From: an uncultured Acidimicrobiales bacterium
GTDB lineage: Bacteria; Actinomycetota; Acidimicrobiia; Acidimicrobiales; SZUA-35
Assembly (NCBI GenBank): GCA_963803875.1
Contig: CAWDOA010000016.1
Span: 619,033 to 683,032, forward strand
Length of the DNA stretch: 64,000 bases
Direction: 5' to 3'
Under the pieces are notes generated by a model that saw only the letters and a program-made list of their open reading frames with translations, was not told the origin of the DNA and did not search any database. The position numbers were made by a program, and so were the translations under genes. Shown piece after piece: positions 50,541-60,505 of this stretch. The number at the start of each line of letters is the position of its first letter. Within the stretch, counting starts at the first letter, position 1.

Positions 50541-52109
50541 TCAGTAGGCCGCCGGTTCAAGCGCAGAGGGTAGCGAAACCTTCACCGATTGTCCGAGCGC
50601 GGCTGAGAGGAGGCTGACACGTTCATTGGCAGCATGGACCTCGATGGAGAGATCTTGTTCGGGGTCGCTGGGGACCGGCTCGATGCTGACGCCGTCGCGG
50701 GTGAGGACGCGGACCGAGGCGACCGTGGATCGATGGCGACGATCCAGTCCGATGGCGATCCGCAAGATGCCGGCCAGCACTCTGACTCGGTCGCGATCCT
50801 TGGCGCTGAGGCCCATGAACTCGGCATGGCCTTTGCTGGGGTGGGACTTGCGGTGATACCGGGCGATCTGTGCGATCAGCTCGATTTCGTTGTCGCTGAA
50901 GCCGGTGAGCTGCTCGGAGTTCCTGATGACGTAGTAGCTGTGTTTGTGATGTCCGCTATGGCTGATGAAGAGTCCGACGTTGTGGAGCAGCCCGGCCATT
51001 TCGAGCAGTTCGCGTCCGTGGGGGCCGAGGCCGTGGAGGTCGTCGGTGCGATCGAACAGTTGTAGTGCCAGGTTGGTGCAGTGTTCGGCGTGCTCGATGT
51101 CGGGGTCGAGAGCTCGGGCCAGACGAATCACATTGGTCCGGCGAAGGTCGTCGAGGTGCTCGGCGGCGGCACCGGGCATGCGGTCGAGCAGAACCCCCTC
51201 CCGCAGGGCAAACGAGCTGAACGTGAAGCCGTCGAGAGCGGACAGTTCAACGACCTGCTCGGCCAGGATCGCACCGCCGATGATGATGTCGGACCGCTTC
51301 TCGTCGAGCCCTGGAATTCGGGCCCGTTTGTTCGGCTTGGTTTCGACGATCAGGTCCACGAGTTCGCTCAGTTGGGTCTTCGTCACCTGGGTGCCGTTGA
51401 GACTGGCGGGGATTCCCCCCGTGGTTGCACACGCCATGGTTGCCAGGGTTCCCGCCGTTCCCGACGAGCCGATGAGCACCTGGGGGCGGTGACCGACGAA
51501 TTCGATCTCCACGCCAGCGAGCGCCTGTTGTACGTAGCGACGGCAGTCCTCGACCGCCGTTGCATTCGGAACTGCACCACCCGGGAAGAACCGTTCGGTG
51601 AGCCTGATAGCGCCGAGTCGGAACGATCGAGCGGCAAGAAGGTCCGAACCCTGGCCCACCACGATTTCGGTGCTCCCACCGCCGATGTCGAAACCCATGA
51701 TCCGCTGATCGAAGACGGGTAGCGCCTTGAGCAGACCGAGATGGATGAGCCTGGCTTCCTCGAAGCCGCTGATCACCTGAACATCGACGCCGGCTTCGTC
51801 TCGGGCTCGGTCGAGAAACGCAGACTTGTTCTTGGCCTCTCTGACGGCGCTGGTGGCAACCGCGGTGACGTCGGCACCGAGGCTCTCGGCCACCTCGCGC
51901 ATTCTGGTGAGGGCCGCAATGCCACGCTCGATCGCATCGGGTGCGAGCGTCTTCATATCGCCCGAACCAGAGCCGAGGCGGACCACTTCCTTCTGGGTAG
52001 TGACGACTTCGAAACCCGACTCGGGCGCTATGCGAGCGACGACGAGGTGGAACGAGTTGGTACCGATGTCGATGGCGGCAATGAGGTCGTTGGCGGGGAG
52101 GTCGTTCAC
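50541..52109 (-). CDS. Ppx/GppA family phosphatase with C-terminal HD domain (exopolyphosphatase-like)
   Basis: AAIDIGTNSFHLVV, GFDIGGGSTE, then LLHNVGLFISHSGHHKHSYY. Confidence 0.85.
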   Translation of the reverse strand: MNDLPANDLIAAIDIGTNSFHLVVARIAPESGFEVVTTQKEVVRLGSGSGDMKTLAPDAIERGIAALTRMREVAESLGADVTAVATSAVREAKNKSAFLDRARDEAGVDVQVISGFEEARLIHLGLLKALPVFDQRIMGFDIGGGSTEIVVGQGSDLLAARSFRLGAIRLTERFFPGGAVPNATAVEDCRRYVQQALAGVEIEFVGHRPQVLIGSSGTAGTLATMACATTGGIPASLNGTQVTKTQLSELVDLIVETKPNKRARIPGLDEKRSDIIIGGAILAEQVVELSALDGFTFSSFALREGVLLDRMPGAAAEHLDDLRRTNVIRLARALDPDIEHAEHCTNLALQLFDRTDDLHGLGPHGRELLEMAGLLHNVGLFISHSGHHKHSYYVIRNSEQLTGFSDNEIELIAQIARYHRKSHPSKGHAEFMGLSAKDRDRVRVLAGILRIAIGLDRRHRSTVASVRVLTRDGVSIEPVPSDPEQDLSIEVHAANERVSLLSAALGQSVKVSLPSALEPAAY

Positions 52110-52552
52110 GAGCGATCCAGTGTGAGTGTGAGGGTGGTGCCGCCCCAGCCGCTGCGCTGATCGCGACCTTCGATGATGACCTGCTCGACGCTCTCGGGAA
52201 TCTCGATTCCTGATTGTGATCGGGTGAAGGGCTGTTCGTTGGCGTGATCGTGGCTGAGGAACCGCTCACCGTACACGGTGCCGTCGCTGGCTCGAACCCG
52301 CCACGAGTCCGCATATCGCTCCCGGCTGTCGTAGGGCGAGGACAGCGTCACTGAGAAGGTCCAAACTCCGGGTTCATCCCGGGTGGCGACCGCGGCGACG
52401 ACATCGGGAAACAGCGGTTCACCCGGCGGTGCGGGTTCGAGGGTGGTAGGAGCGTTGTCCGAAGGTTCAGACGAGCTGGGTTGAATGGCTGGTTCCTCCG
52501 CTGCCGAGGTGCAGGATGTGAGCACCAGAACCGCAGCGATGAGGAACCTCAT
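52106..52552 (-). CDS. small lipoprotein, function unknown
   Basis: MRFLIAAVLVLTSC lipobox. The ATG overlaps the upstream stop, and its own stop overlaps the ppx-like start. Confidence 0.6.
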   Translation of the reverse strand: MRFLIAAVLVLTSCTSAAEEPAIQPSSSEPSDNAPTTLEPAPPGEPLFPDVVAAVATRDEPGVWTFSVTLSSPYDSRERYADSWRVRASDGTVYGERFLSHDHANEQPFTRSQSGIEIPESVEQVIIEGRDQRSGWGGTTLTLTLDRS

Positions 52553-53454
52553 CACCACAGTGAAGCCCGGGTCTCCGCTGGGTCCAACTCGATCAGTGAC
52601 CACTCGTCGTTGGTTTCGACCGCCACGAGGGTGCTGGCACCGAGATGACGATGGGAAGTCGTGGTACCGAACGCCTCGTCGAGGCACACCGACTGGGCAA
52701 CGAGGTATTCGGTATGATCGGGCCCACGGAGGCTGAGCAAGAGATCGTTCGCGACGTCAACCGATACCAGTTGTGGATCGGTGGTCAGAGCACCGTGGAC
52801 CCCGTGATACACGGCCACTCCGTCGGCGATCCGTTTGTTGGACAGGTCGGTTTCGATGGTGATGTGGTCGACCTGTTCGTCGAGGGACCAGGCCGGGGCC
52901 GGTTGGACGTTGGTCATCGAAGGCGACGATTCGCTGAACAAAGCCTCCAGCGAAAACCCCATGGCGGTGAAACACAGCGCCACGTCCTCATCGATCATTG
53001 GCAACAACCGGCGGTCGCGGCCCGCGCGCCCGAACAGTGAATCCCACCGTTGGTCGAGGAGGTGATTCCTTTGGCGGACCTTGCGGAGGTCGACCCCCTC
53101 GGTGAACTGCAGCAGGGGGCGATGGCCGATCCGCATGCCGCCACCTTCGGCAATCGTGAGTCCGGTGATCTCCACGGCGCCGAAGATTTCCACCTTGGTG
53201 CCGGTCCGGGCGACGATCACGCGATCGCCGGGCAATGGGAGGGACCCGGTGGGGAACAGGTTTGGTTCGAGCCCATGGCCGACGTCGGCCAGGGAGAGGA
53301 TTCCTCCGAATTCGATCGCCGTGGACAATGGTGTCTCCACCCAGTTCGGGGGAATGCCATCGACCGGGGTCAGCAGGGGACCGGGATCCATCGATGGTGT
53401 GAGTTTGGCCAGCCAGAGGGCCGAGGGAAGACTGATGGCGATCGATTCGGACAT
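52552..53454 (-). CDS. hypothetical protein (300 aa)
   Basis: ORF with protein-like composition. ATG at 53454 avoids overlap with the divergent ridA. No family recognised. Confidence 0.55.
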   Translation of the reverse strand: MSESIAISLPSALWLAKLTPSMDPGPLLTPVDGIPPNWVETPLSTAIEFGGILSLADVGHGLEPNLFPTGSLPLPGDRVIVARTGTKVEIFGAVEITGLTIAEGGGMRIGHRPLLQFTEGVDLRKVRQRNHLLDQRWDSLFGRAGRDRRLLPMIDEDVALCFTAMGFSLEALFSESSPSMTNVQPAPAWSLDEQVDHITIETDLSNKRIADGVAVYHGVHGALTTDPQLVSVDVANDLLLSLRGPDHTEYLVAQSVCLDEAFGTTTSHRHLGASTLVAVETNDEWSLIELDPAETRASLW

Positions 53455-53497
53455 GGTTTCAGCATGACGCGGGGGTGTGACAGTGATAGAAACAGGT

Positions 53498-53872
53498 ATG
53501 CGCAACGCCATCACCAGCCCAAACGCTTCTTCAGTTGGTCCATACAGCCACGCCATCGATGCCGGCGGTTTGGTATTCCTCAGCGGTCAGACACCGCTCG
53601 ATTCGGCCACCGGAACGCTGATCGAGGGCAGCATGGCCGACCGCACCCAGAAGTGCTTCGACAACCTCATGGATGTGCTGGCCGCGGCCGGGCTCACCTC
53701 TGATCATGTCGTCAAGGTGAACGTATTCCTCACCGACATGGCTGACTTCGCAGAGATGAATGAGGTGTACAAACAGCAGTTCAGCCAGCCGTACCCAGCC
53801 CGCAGCACCGTGGCGGTCGCCGAACTCCCGCTCGGTTCCGACATCGAGATCGAACTGGTGGCACAGCGATAG
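53498..53872 (+). CDS. ridA: RidA/YjgF family reactive-intermediate deaminase
   Basis: VGPYSHAIDAGGLVFLSGQ, VKVNVFLTDMADFAEMNEVY, PARSTVAVAELPLGSDIEIE. Confidence 0.85.
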   Translation: MRNAITSPNASSVGPYSHAIDAGGLVFLSGQTPLDSATGTLIEGSMADRTQKCFDNLMDVLAAAGLTSDHVVKVNVFLTDMADFAEMNEVYKQQFSQPYPARSTVAVAELPLGSDIEIELVAQR

Positions 53873-53983
53873 CTGCGAGTTTCAGCGATAGCTGCGAGTT
53901 TCAGCGATAGCTGCGAGTTTCAGCGATAGCTGCGAGTTTCAGCGATAGCTGCGAGTTTCAGCGATAGCTGCGAGTTCCAGCGG
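53864..53983. repeat. 19-bp tandem direct repeat, 6 full units plus a partial
   Basis: CAGCGATAGCTGCGAGTTT appears x5 exactly, the sixth unit has one mismatch, then CAGCGG. Unit 1 contains the ridA stop codon (TAG 53870-53872). Confidence 0.95.
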
Positions 53984-54007
53984 ACCGATTGGGCGCCCGC
54001 AGCGGCT

Positions 54008-54631
54008 TCAGTCTCCTGCGATGTCAGCCCGGTAGACCTCCTCGAGGGCGAGGCGCATCTCAGTTGCATCGGTGTCCTTGAACTGACAGGCGTAGATGTC
54101 GGCCAGGTCGGGTGCGTGTTGCAGCGCGGTCCAGGACGTGGGATCCCACAGCCCCGAACGTCGCAGTGCCTTGGCGCAGTGACCGAATACCTCGTCGGTC
54201 CGGATCACGAGGGCGAGTTTCGGAGTTCTGAGCTCCTTGGTGAACGAGCCCAGAAGGGCGGGTTCGGTTGACAAGTGGGCCGCACCGTTGATTCGAACCG
54301 TCTCTTCTTTGCCCGGGATCAGCAGAAGAAGGCCGGCCTGACCGCTTTCGATGATGTTCTTGAAACTGTCGAGCCGGTTGTTGCCACCGAGATCTGGCAG
54401 GGCCACGTGGGTCTGGTCGACAACCCGAACAAAGCCAGGCGGACCACCCCGCGGTGAGGCGTCAACGTGGCCCTTCTCACCCGCCGTACTGAGAACGGCG
54501 AACGGGCACAGGCTGATGAATCGGGCGGTCTGGGTATCGATCGACGAGGTGACCTTGCCCGCCGCCCGTTTCGAGGGCTCCCGGTACAGCTCCCGCAACC
54601 GCTGCATCGAGGTGATGTGATGCTCACTCAT
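54008..54631 (-). CDS. pyridoxamine 5'-phosphate oxidase-fold (FMN/F420-binding split-barrel) family protein
   Basis: CPFAVLSTAGEKGHVDASPRGGPPGFV, GNNRLDSFKNI, VRINGAA. The ATG at 54631 overlaps the upstream stop. Confidence 0.75.
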   Translation of the reverse strand: MSEHHITSMQRLRELYREPSKRAAGKVTSSIDTQTARFISLCPFAVLSTAGEKGHVDASPRGGPPGFVRVVDQTHVALPDLGGNNRLDSFKNIIESGQAGLLLLIPGKEETVRINGAAHLSTEPALLGSFTKELRTPKLALVIRTDEVFGHCAKALRRSGLWDPTSWTALQHAPDLADIYACQFKDTDATEMRLALEEVYRADIAGD

Positions 54632-56037
54632 TCCACCACCTTCCATTCGAGGGTTCTTGCGGTCGTGTCGACCGAGGCCAACTGAACCCGAAGTGACTCG
54701 CCCAGCTTGCGACCTTTGACGGCGACGGACGATTCGATCGCCGGATCGAGAATCTGAATGTAGGCCAGGCCACGCTTTTCGTTGAGTCCTACGACAGCCG
54801 CATCGAAAACCTGCCCCGTCGAGGACTGGAGCACGACCGTTTCGGCGTAGTCGACCATGGCCCGTTCGAAGGCGGACTCTCGGCTGCGGGCCCGGCCCAT
54901 CAGACTCGGCATCTCGGTGAGATCGGCGATCACCTGTTCGGATGGTTCTCGGCCGGCGAAGAGGGCCAAGAGCACCTCGTTGCCGAAGCGGTCCACCAGT
55001 CGACGAAGCGGCGCCGTGACGTGGGCATAGTGCGAGGCGATGGCGCCGTGTTCGGACACGGTTGGCAATTCGCCATCGAACCAGACATATCCAGCCCCTC
55101 GAAATGATCGGGCGGCCTGGAGGAGGAAGGCGCTCTTGTGGGGTGCGTCGGGTTCGACAGTCCGGATCATCTCGGCATAACTCAGTGACTCATCCCACCG
55201 GATCCCAAGGACCTTCGCCTCCCGCCGAAGCCGGCGGAGATCCTGTCTTCGGGGCGGTGGAAGTGTTCGAAGGATTCCTACCCCGGCGTCGACCATTTTG
55301 GTACCTGCCACGATCCCGGTCAGTAGGGATATCTGAGCATTCCATCCCTCGACGGGGATCGATGTGTCATAACGCAGGCGGTAGGTGCCGTTGAACTCTT
55401 CGACCTCCTGACTTGGGAGGTTGAGGCTGATACCGCCCCTCGCCAGCTCCTGCCGTTGACGGAGTTCGCCGATCTCCTGAAGAATCCGGAGCTTGTCTCC
55501 CGCATCGATTCGGTGCTGGGCTTCCTCATAGGAGATGGCTTCGGTGACGCGAACCAACGATCGGATGAGCGATGCGTCAACGGGCCGACCCTTCGGGTCG
55601 AGATCGATGGTCCACAGCAGACACGGTTTGTCGGTCCCCGCCAACAGGCTGGCCCGATCTTCGGACAGGATCGGTGGGTGCAGCGGTGTGCGCATGTCGG
55701 GGGAGTAGTAGGTGGTGCCCCGGTCGCGAGCTTCGATGTCGATCGGATCTCCGCTCACCACGAACGCGCCAACGTCGGCGATGGCGTAGAACACGCGGTA
55801 GCCGTCTTCCAGCCGCTCGGCATGGAACGCCTGGTCGAGATCTCTCGCTCCCGGCGGGTCGATGGCCACCAGGGGAACGTGGCGGTCGTCTCGTCTGGCA
55901 TCCAGGAATCGGTCCGAGGCAGCTTCGGCAGCCTCGAGAACCTCGTCCGGGAACTCTCGGGGGATATCGAGCTCGTCGCGGATGGCCTGGAAGCCACTCT
56001 CGAATGCTCGCGGTGCGATTATCTTGCGCGGTCTCAT
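54628..56037 (-). CDS. RNB-domain exoribonuclease (RNase II/R family, short actinobacterial type)
   Basis: VAIDPPGARDLDQAFHAE, YYSPDMRTPLHPP, HYAHVTAPLRRLVDR. Confidence 0.8.
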   Translation of the reverse strand: MRPRKIIAPRAFESGFQAIRDELDIPREFPDEVLEAAEAASDRFLDARRDDRHVPLVAIDPPGARDLDQAFHAERLEDGYRVFYAIADVGAFVVSGDPIDIEARDRGTTYYSPDMRTPLHPPILSEDRASLLAGTDKPCLLWTIDLDPKGRPVDASLIRSLVRVTEAISYEEAQHRIDAGDKLRILQEIGELRQRQELARGGISLNLPSQEVEEFNGTYRLRYDTSIPVEGWNAQISLLTGIVAGTKMVDAGVGILRTLPPPRRQDLRRLRREAKVLGIRWDESLSYAEMIRTVEPDAPHKSAFLLQAARSFRGAGYVWFDGELPTVSEHGAIASHYAHVTAPLRRLVDRFGNEVLLALFAGREPSEQVIADLTEMPSLMGRARSRESAFERAMVDYAETVVLQSSTGQVFDAAVVGLNEKRGLAYIQILDPAIESSVAVKGRKLGESLRVQLASVDTTARTLEWKVVE

Positions 56038-56046
56038 CGGACGTGA

Positions 56047-56493
56047 TCAGCTCGTGAACTGTGCGACAGACTTCCACACCCTGGAGAATGCCGGAAGATC
56101 TTGATCTGCGATGTGGTCCATCAGATGGCTTCGAACATCACCCACGTGGGTCTTGGCCGCTTCGGACAGCAGTTGCAGTCCCGGGTCGGTGAGTTGGGCG
56201 TAGAGACCTCTGCCGTCAGCGTCGACTTCACGCCGAACCACCAGGCCCTGCTCAACCAATCGATCAACCCTGTACGTGAGACGGCTGCGGGACACCAGCA
56301 CATGGTCGGCGATTTCTGACATGCGAAGCTGACCGTTGTCGGACTCGGAGAGAAACACCAGGATCTCGTAGTCGGTGAGTGGAATCCCGTGGTTCTCTTG
56401 AAGGCTGTGATCGAGGTGTTCCAACAGCCGGTTGACACCGAAGAGGAAGTCTCGCCACACCATCTGTTCGTCGTCGTCGAGCCATCGGGTCAC
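56047..56493 (-). CDS. MarR family transcriptional regulator
   Basis: 148 aa. Winged HTH LTDYEILVFLSESDNGQLRMSEIADHVLVSRSRLTYRVDRLVEQGLV. Confidence 0.85.
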   Translation of the reverse strand: MTRWLDDDEQMVWRDFLFGVNRLLEHLDHSLQENHGIPLTDYEILVFLSESDNGQLRMSEIADHVLVSRSRLTYRVDRLVEQGLVVRREVDADGRGLYAQLTDPGLQLLSEAAKTHVGDVRSHLMDHIADQDLPAFSRVWKSVAQFTS

Positions 56494-56514
56494 CCTCGAA
56501 AACGTACTCCGAAC

Positions 56515-57330
56515 TCAGCGGCGCTGGCACCTTCCGCACCACACAGTGGTGCGAGCGTCAATCACCGCACTCTTCAGGACGGTTCCGCACCTGATGCACG
56601 GCAACCCTGCCCGGCCGTAGGCAACGAGGGAGTATTGGTTCTGGCCCGTGCCCCCGTCAACATTGCGGTAATCCCGAAGGGTGGTACCGCCATTGATCAC
56701 CCCTTGCTGGAGAACAGAGCGGAGTTCGTCCAGAAGCCGGGCCGCCCGTGCCATACCGAGCCGAGTGACGTTCGGATTGATCTCCGCCGCCCATAGCGCT
56801 TCGTCGGCGTAGATGTTGCCGACGCCGGCGACTGGCCGCTGCGACAACAACTGGGTCTTGATGGCTCGTCTGCTTCGCCGAATCAGCGAGTGGAAAAGCT
56901 CGGGGGTGAGCGCGGGATCCCACGGTTCGGGGCCAGCGTTCGCCAATGTGGGGATCGACCGATAGTCGCCGGCGGGCACGACCCGAATTCGGCCGAAGCG
57001 TCGAACATCGCGGAACAGCATGACCGAACGGTGAAACCCTGCGCCCTCGTCGAACTGCCACCAGGCCCGCAGATAGGGGTCGTCGTCCACTTCGTCGGCA
57101 AAGGAGATCGTCCCGGTCATCCCGAGATGGAGTACCAACTCCCGACCGTCGGCGAGGGGTAGGAGCAGGAACTTCCCTCTGCGTCCAGCCCCGGTGATGG
57201 TGGCGCCGATGGTCTCGGTGGCCGGCGAGAACTTCGACGACCAGTGCGAACCGGCCTCGGTAATGGTTCGCCCGCTGACCCTCGGTTCCAGTTCCCGCCG
57301 TACGGTTTCGACCTCGGGTAGCTCAGGCAT
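56515..57330 (-). CDS. mutM: formamidopyrimidine-DNA glycosylase
   Basis: MPELPEVETVRREL, LLSQRPVAGVGNIYADEAL and zinc finger CIRCG...CGRCQ. Confidence 0.9.
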   Translation of the reverse strand: MPELPEVETVRRELEPRVSGRTITEAGSHWSSKFSPATETIGATITGAGRRGKFLLLPLADGRELVLHLGMTGTISFADEVDDDPYLRAWWQFDEGAGFHRSVMLFRDVRRFGRIRVVPAGDYRSIPTLANAGPEPWDPALTPELFHSLIRRSRRAIKTQLLSQRPVAGVGNIYADEALWAAEINPNVTRLGMARAARLLDELRSVLQQGVINGGTTLRDYRNVDGGTGQNQYSLVAYGRAGLPCIRCGTVLKSAVIDARTTVWCGRCQRR

Positions 57331-58545
57331 CTATGCGCTCATGACCGCCCGAGCCGCCAGCTGGCCGCTTTCCATCGCTCCGTTGATGCTGGCATCTCGC
57401 CGATGGTCACCACACACGACGATCCCACTTTCCAGCGTTGTAGCCGGACGATGGTCATATCCTGGCAGCTGAATTGGTTGAGCCTGAGGGATTCGATCGA
57501 CCCGCAGGGTTTCCCAATCTCGGGTCTGGGCTCCGAGCAGATCCTCGAGTTGGGACCGCATGGCATCTTCGGTGCCGTGCGCCACGGTGGGCGCCGATGC
57601 TACGACGGTGCTGGAACCTGGCGGGGCGTACGCCGGTGAGACCGAGCTCATGGTGACTACCGAATTCAATGGTCGTTTGCCGGTGCCGTTCAGCACGATC
57701 AGCGGCGCTGTCTCGGGCGGGGTGGGGGCGGAGAACCACATGCTGGTGACCCCGCGCCACCCGGGATCTGGAACGTCGGTGAGTCGGGCGGCTTCGGTGG
57801 CTCCGGTGGCCACGATGACCGCATCGGCGTCGATGGTCTCGCCGCTTGTGAGCGTCACGGTGCGCGCCGTGGTCTTTGCCACCTTGCGATTGAGATGCAG
57901 TGTGCCCTCTTCGAGTCGAGCAGCCAGTTGCGTACTGATCTCACCCATTCCGTGGCGGGGAACCGCGGCGTCGCCCTGGGCGAGCATTCGGAATACGAAA
58001 TCGACCACTCGGCTGGATCCGCCGAGATCAGCATCGAGTGTGATCCCGGCGAACAGCGGCTGAAGAAAACGTTCGATCATCGTGGGGCTGAACCCCAGTT
58101 CACGAAACCGGGTTCGGGCCGTGACGTCTTCACGGTCCCAGAGTTCCTCGAGTGTTCCCCGGGTGACCATCAGGCGGTACCGGAGGATTCGCGCCTTGTC
58201 GAACAGAGATCCGACGCCGGCTTTGATCGTTGGTAGCAACTGATCGGGTTTGCGGAACGGGTCGCCAACGAGTGCGGTTTGACCACCGCCCAGGAGAACC
58301 TTGGCGCCGGGGTCGAAGGTCTGAAGGTCGAGGGCGTCGAAGTCGAGTACGTCGCCGGCTGTGGGGTAGGCGGTGAGAAGGATCTGGAAACCTCGATCGC
58401 ACAGGTGGCCGTTCACCGTGTCGGTTCGGACCCGTCCGCCCGGCCCGTCCGATGATTCGAAAACTGCAACCGCGTGACCGTTCGCTGTCAGTTCGCTTGC
58501 GGCGGTGAGCCCAGCTAGTCCGGCGCCTACTACGACGATGTCCAC
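57331..58545 (-). CDS. NAD(P)/FAD-dependent oxidoreductase (amine-oxidase / phytoene-desaturase superfamily)
   Basis: Dinucleotide fold [16 protein letters not shown]...[11 protein letters not shown]. 404 aa. Substrate not inferable. Confidence 0.75.
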   Translation of the reverse strand: MDIVVVGAGLAGLTAASELTANGHAVAVFESSDGPGGRVRTDTVNGHLCDRGFQILLTAYPTAGDVLDFDALDLQTFDPGAKVLLGGGQTALVGDPFRKPDQLLPTIKAGVGSLFDKARILRYRLMVTRGTLEELWDREDVTARTRFRELGFSPTMIERFLQPLFAGITLDADLGGSSRVVDFVFRMLAQGDAAVPRHGMGEISTQLAARLEEGTLHLNRKVAKTTARTVTLTSGETIDADAVIVATGATEAARLTDVPDPGWRGVTSMWFSAPTPPETAPLIVLNGTGKRPLNSVVTMSSVSPAYAPPGSSTVVASAPTVAHGTEDAMRSQLEDLLGAQTRDWETLRVDRIPQAQPIQLPGYDHRPATTLESGIVVCGDHRRDASINGAMESGQLAARAVMSA

Positions 58546-58600
58546 CGTGCCGGTCTAGCACGATTAGAGGTGAGTTCCTTGCCTCGCTACCCTCTCGGCC

Positions 58601-60331
58601 ATGACTATGCCCTCCGTCACAGATCTCGTTGCTCTCTTCAAGCAGCAGTGGGACGAACTCACCGGCCCGGGGGCCAAGTACGCCATGACCGAGGCCGAGG
58701 TCAACGGCGTCGAGATGCGAGTACTGGAGGGCGCTCCTGGCAATATGCGCGATATCTGGGCGTTCACGGCGGCGTACGGCGACGCCCGCTACCTGGTGTA
58801 CGAGGACGAATATCTCACCTACAACCAGGCACACGCGATCGTTCGTTCGCTCGCCGCTGAACTGGTAGCGGCCGGAGTTGGACGGGGTGACCGGGTTGGG
58901 GTTGCGATGCGCAACTATCCCGAGTGGGTCCTCAGCTACTGGGCCATCATCAGCACCGGAGCAGCCTGTGTGGGAATGAATGCCTGGTGGACCACTCACG
59001 AGATGGACTATGCGCTCACCGACTCAGAGCCCAGGATTCTCATCTGCGACGATGAACGACTCGAACGGGTTTTGCCGGTTCACGACGCTCTGCAGGACTC
59101 GTTCGGCATGACCGTGATCTCGGTCCGGTCCGAGCGCCAACTGCCAAAGGGTGGGCGCCGGTGGACAGACGTGGTCGACCCCGAGACAGCTCCCGACTCG
59201 CTGCCAGCGGTGGAGATCGATCCCGATGACGACATGTGTATCTTCTACACCTCGGGCACTACCGGCTTTCCCAAGGGTGCCCAGCTCACCCATCGGGGTT
59301 CGGTCCACAACCTTCTTCACATTGCATTCATGCAGGACATCCCCAAAGGTATGGCCGCCGCTCAGGGAGTCGACGTGGAGGCTATGGCCGCAGCTGGGCC
59401 GCAGCCGTGTGTGATGGCACCCACACCGTTGTTCCACGTGACCGCCAACAACTGCCTGCTCCATCCGGCAACGGCCATCGGTGGAGCAGTCGTGCTGATG
59501 CGGAAATGGGATCCGGCCCGGGCGCTCGAGCTGATCGAGCGGGAGAAGGTCACCAGCCTCAGTGGCGTGCCGACGATGTCTCGTGAGCTCGTGAATCACC
59601 CGGACTGGAAGACCCGTGACACGTCGTCGATGCAGTCGATGGGCGGCGGCGGCGCTGCGTTCCAGCCCGACCTCGTGGAGAAGATCGGTGACTCCCTCGA
59701 GACCGGCGTTCCATCCACCGGGTACGGACTGACCGAAACTCACGGGATCGTTGCCGCCAATAACAGTGCCATGTACCTGGCAAAACCCGCCTCGTGCGGG
59801 CCGGTGGTTCCTACATGTGATGCGGTTGTTCGGGACCAGCTGGACAACGACCTTCCCCGGGGAGAGACCGGTGTGTTGTGGGTGAAGGGACCGATCATCA
59901 TCAAGGGCTACTTGAACAAACCCGAGGCAACGGCCCACGCCATCCAAGATGGCTGGTTCAACACCGGCGACATCGCATACATCGACGGGGACGGCTTCGT
60001 GTTCATCGTCGATCGGGCCAAGGACATGGTGCTCCGAGGCGGGGAGAACGTCTACTGCTCCGATGTGGAGTCTGCGATCTATGAACACCCAGCCGTCGCC
60101 GAGGCAGCAGTGTTCGGCGTGCCCGATGAACGGCTCGGCGAAGAGGTCGGAATCGCCGTGGTCCTACAGGATGGGGCTTCGCTCGATGAAGACGAGGCTC
60201 GTTCGTTTCTGGCAGAACGAATAGCGGCCTACAAGATCCCCCGCTACTTCTGGTTTCTCGCGGACCACCTACCCCGCAACGCCAACGGCAAGTTCGTGAA
60301 GCGCACTCTCAAAGACCAGCTTCTTCAATGA
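58601..60331 (+). CDS. AMP-dependent synthetase/ligase (acyl-CoA synthetase family)
   Basis: IFYTSGTTGFPKGA, TGYGLTETHG, FNTGDIAYIDGDGF, RAKDMVLRGGENVY, PRNANGKFVKR. Confidence 0.85.
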   Translation: MTMPSVTDLVALFKQQWDELTGPGAKYAMTEAEVNGVEMRVLEGAPGNMRDIWAFTAAYGDARYLVYEDEYLTYNQAHAIVRSLAAELVAAGVGRGDRVGVAMRNYPEWVLSYWAIISTGAACVGMNAWWTTHEMDYALTDSEPRILICDDERLERVLPVHDALQDSFGMTVISVRSERQLPKGGRRWTDVVDPETAPDSLPAVEIDPDDDMCIFYTSGTTGFPKGAQLTHRGSVHNLLHIAFMQDIPKGMAAAQGVDVEAMAAAGPQPCVMAPTPLFHVTANNCLLHPATAIGGAVVLMRKWDPARALELIEREKVTSLSGVPTMSRELVNHPDWKTRDTSSMQSMGGGGAAFQPDLVEKIGDSLETGVPSTGYGLTETHGIVAANNSAMYLAKPASCGPVVPTCDAVVRDQLDNDLPRGETGVLWVKGPIIIKGYLNKPEATAHAIQDGWFNTGDIAYIDGDGFVFIVDRAKDMVLRGGENVYCSDVESAIYEHPAVAEAAVFGVPDERLGEEVGIAVVLQDGASLDEDEARSFLAERIAAYKIPRYFWFLADHLPRNANGKFVKRTLKDQLLQ

Positions 60332-60505
60332 TTCCCTCCGGGGGCCTCTCGCTCGCCTGCGGGGCCTCTTCGGTCCATGTTCTCGCTGCGGGCCTGGCGG
60401 CCCTTGCTACATGGACACGGCGCCTCCGGGTCGCTCCGGAATATGGCTCCTTCGCTCGTACCTCGCAAAGAAACCGTTTGATTCCCACAGGACTAGGATT
60501 CGCTG

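Noticed and set aside
20010-52314. Other long ORFs such as 20010..20978(-), 29104..30177(-), 43004..44194(-), 46370..47281(-), 48552..49421(+), 51247..52314(-)
   Set aside because: All lie antisense or out of frame to genes with clear family motifs. They show the Arg/Gly/Pro-heavy composition typical of spurious frames in high-GC DNA.
28077-53983. CRISPR array interpretation of the 15-bp (28077-28211) and 19-bp (53864-53983) repeats
   Set aside because: The units are directly adjacent with no spacers and are shorter than CRISPR repeats. There are no cas genes in the window. The 15-bp array is in-frame coding sequence.
57331-58545. FAD oxidoreductase as the missing carotenoid or retinal enzyme for the rhodopsin
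   Set aside because: Only the generic dinucleotide-binding fold is recognisable. The gene is 52 kb from the rhodopsin and sits in a mutM-marR operon context, so there is no specific evidence for a carotenoid substrate.
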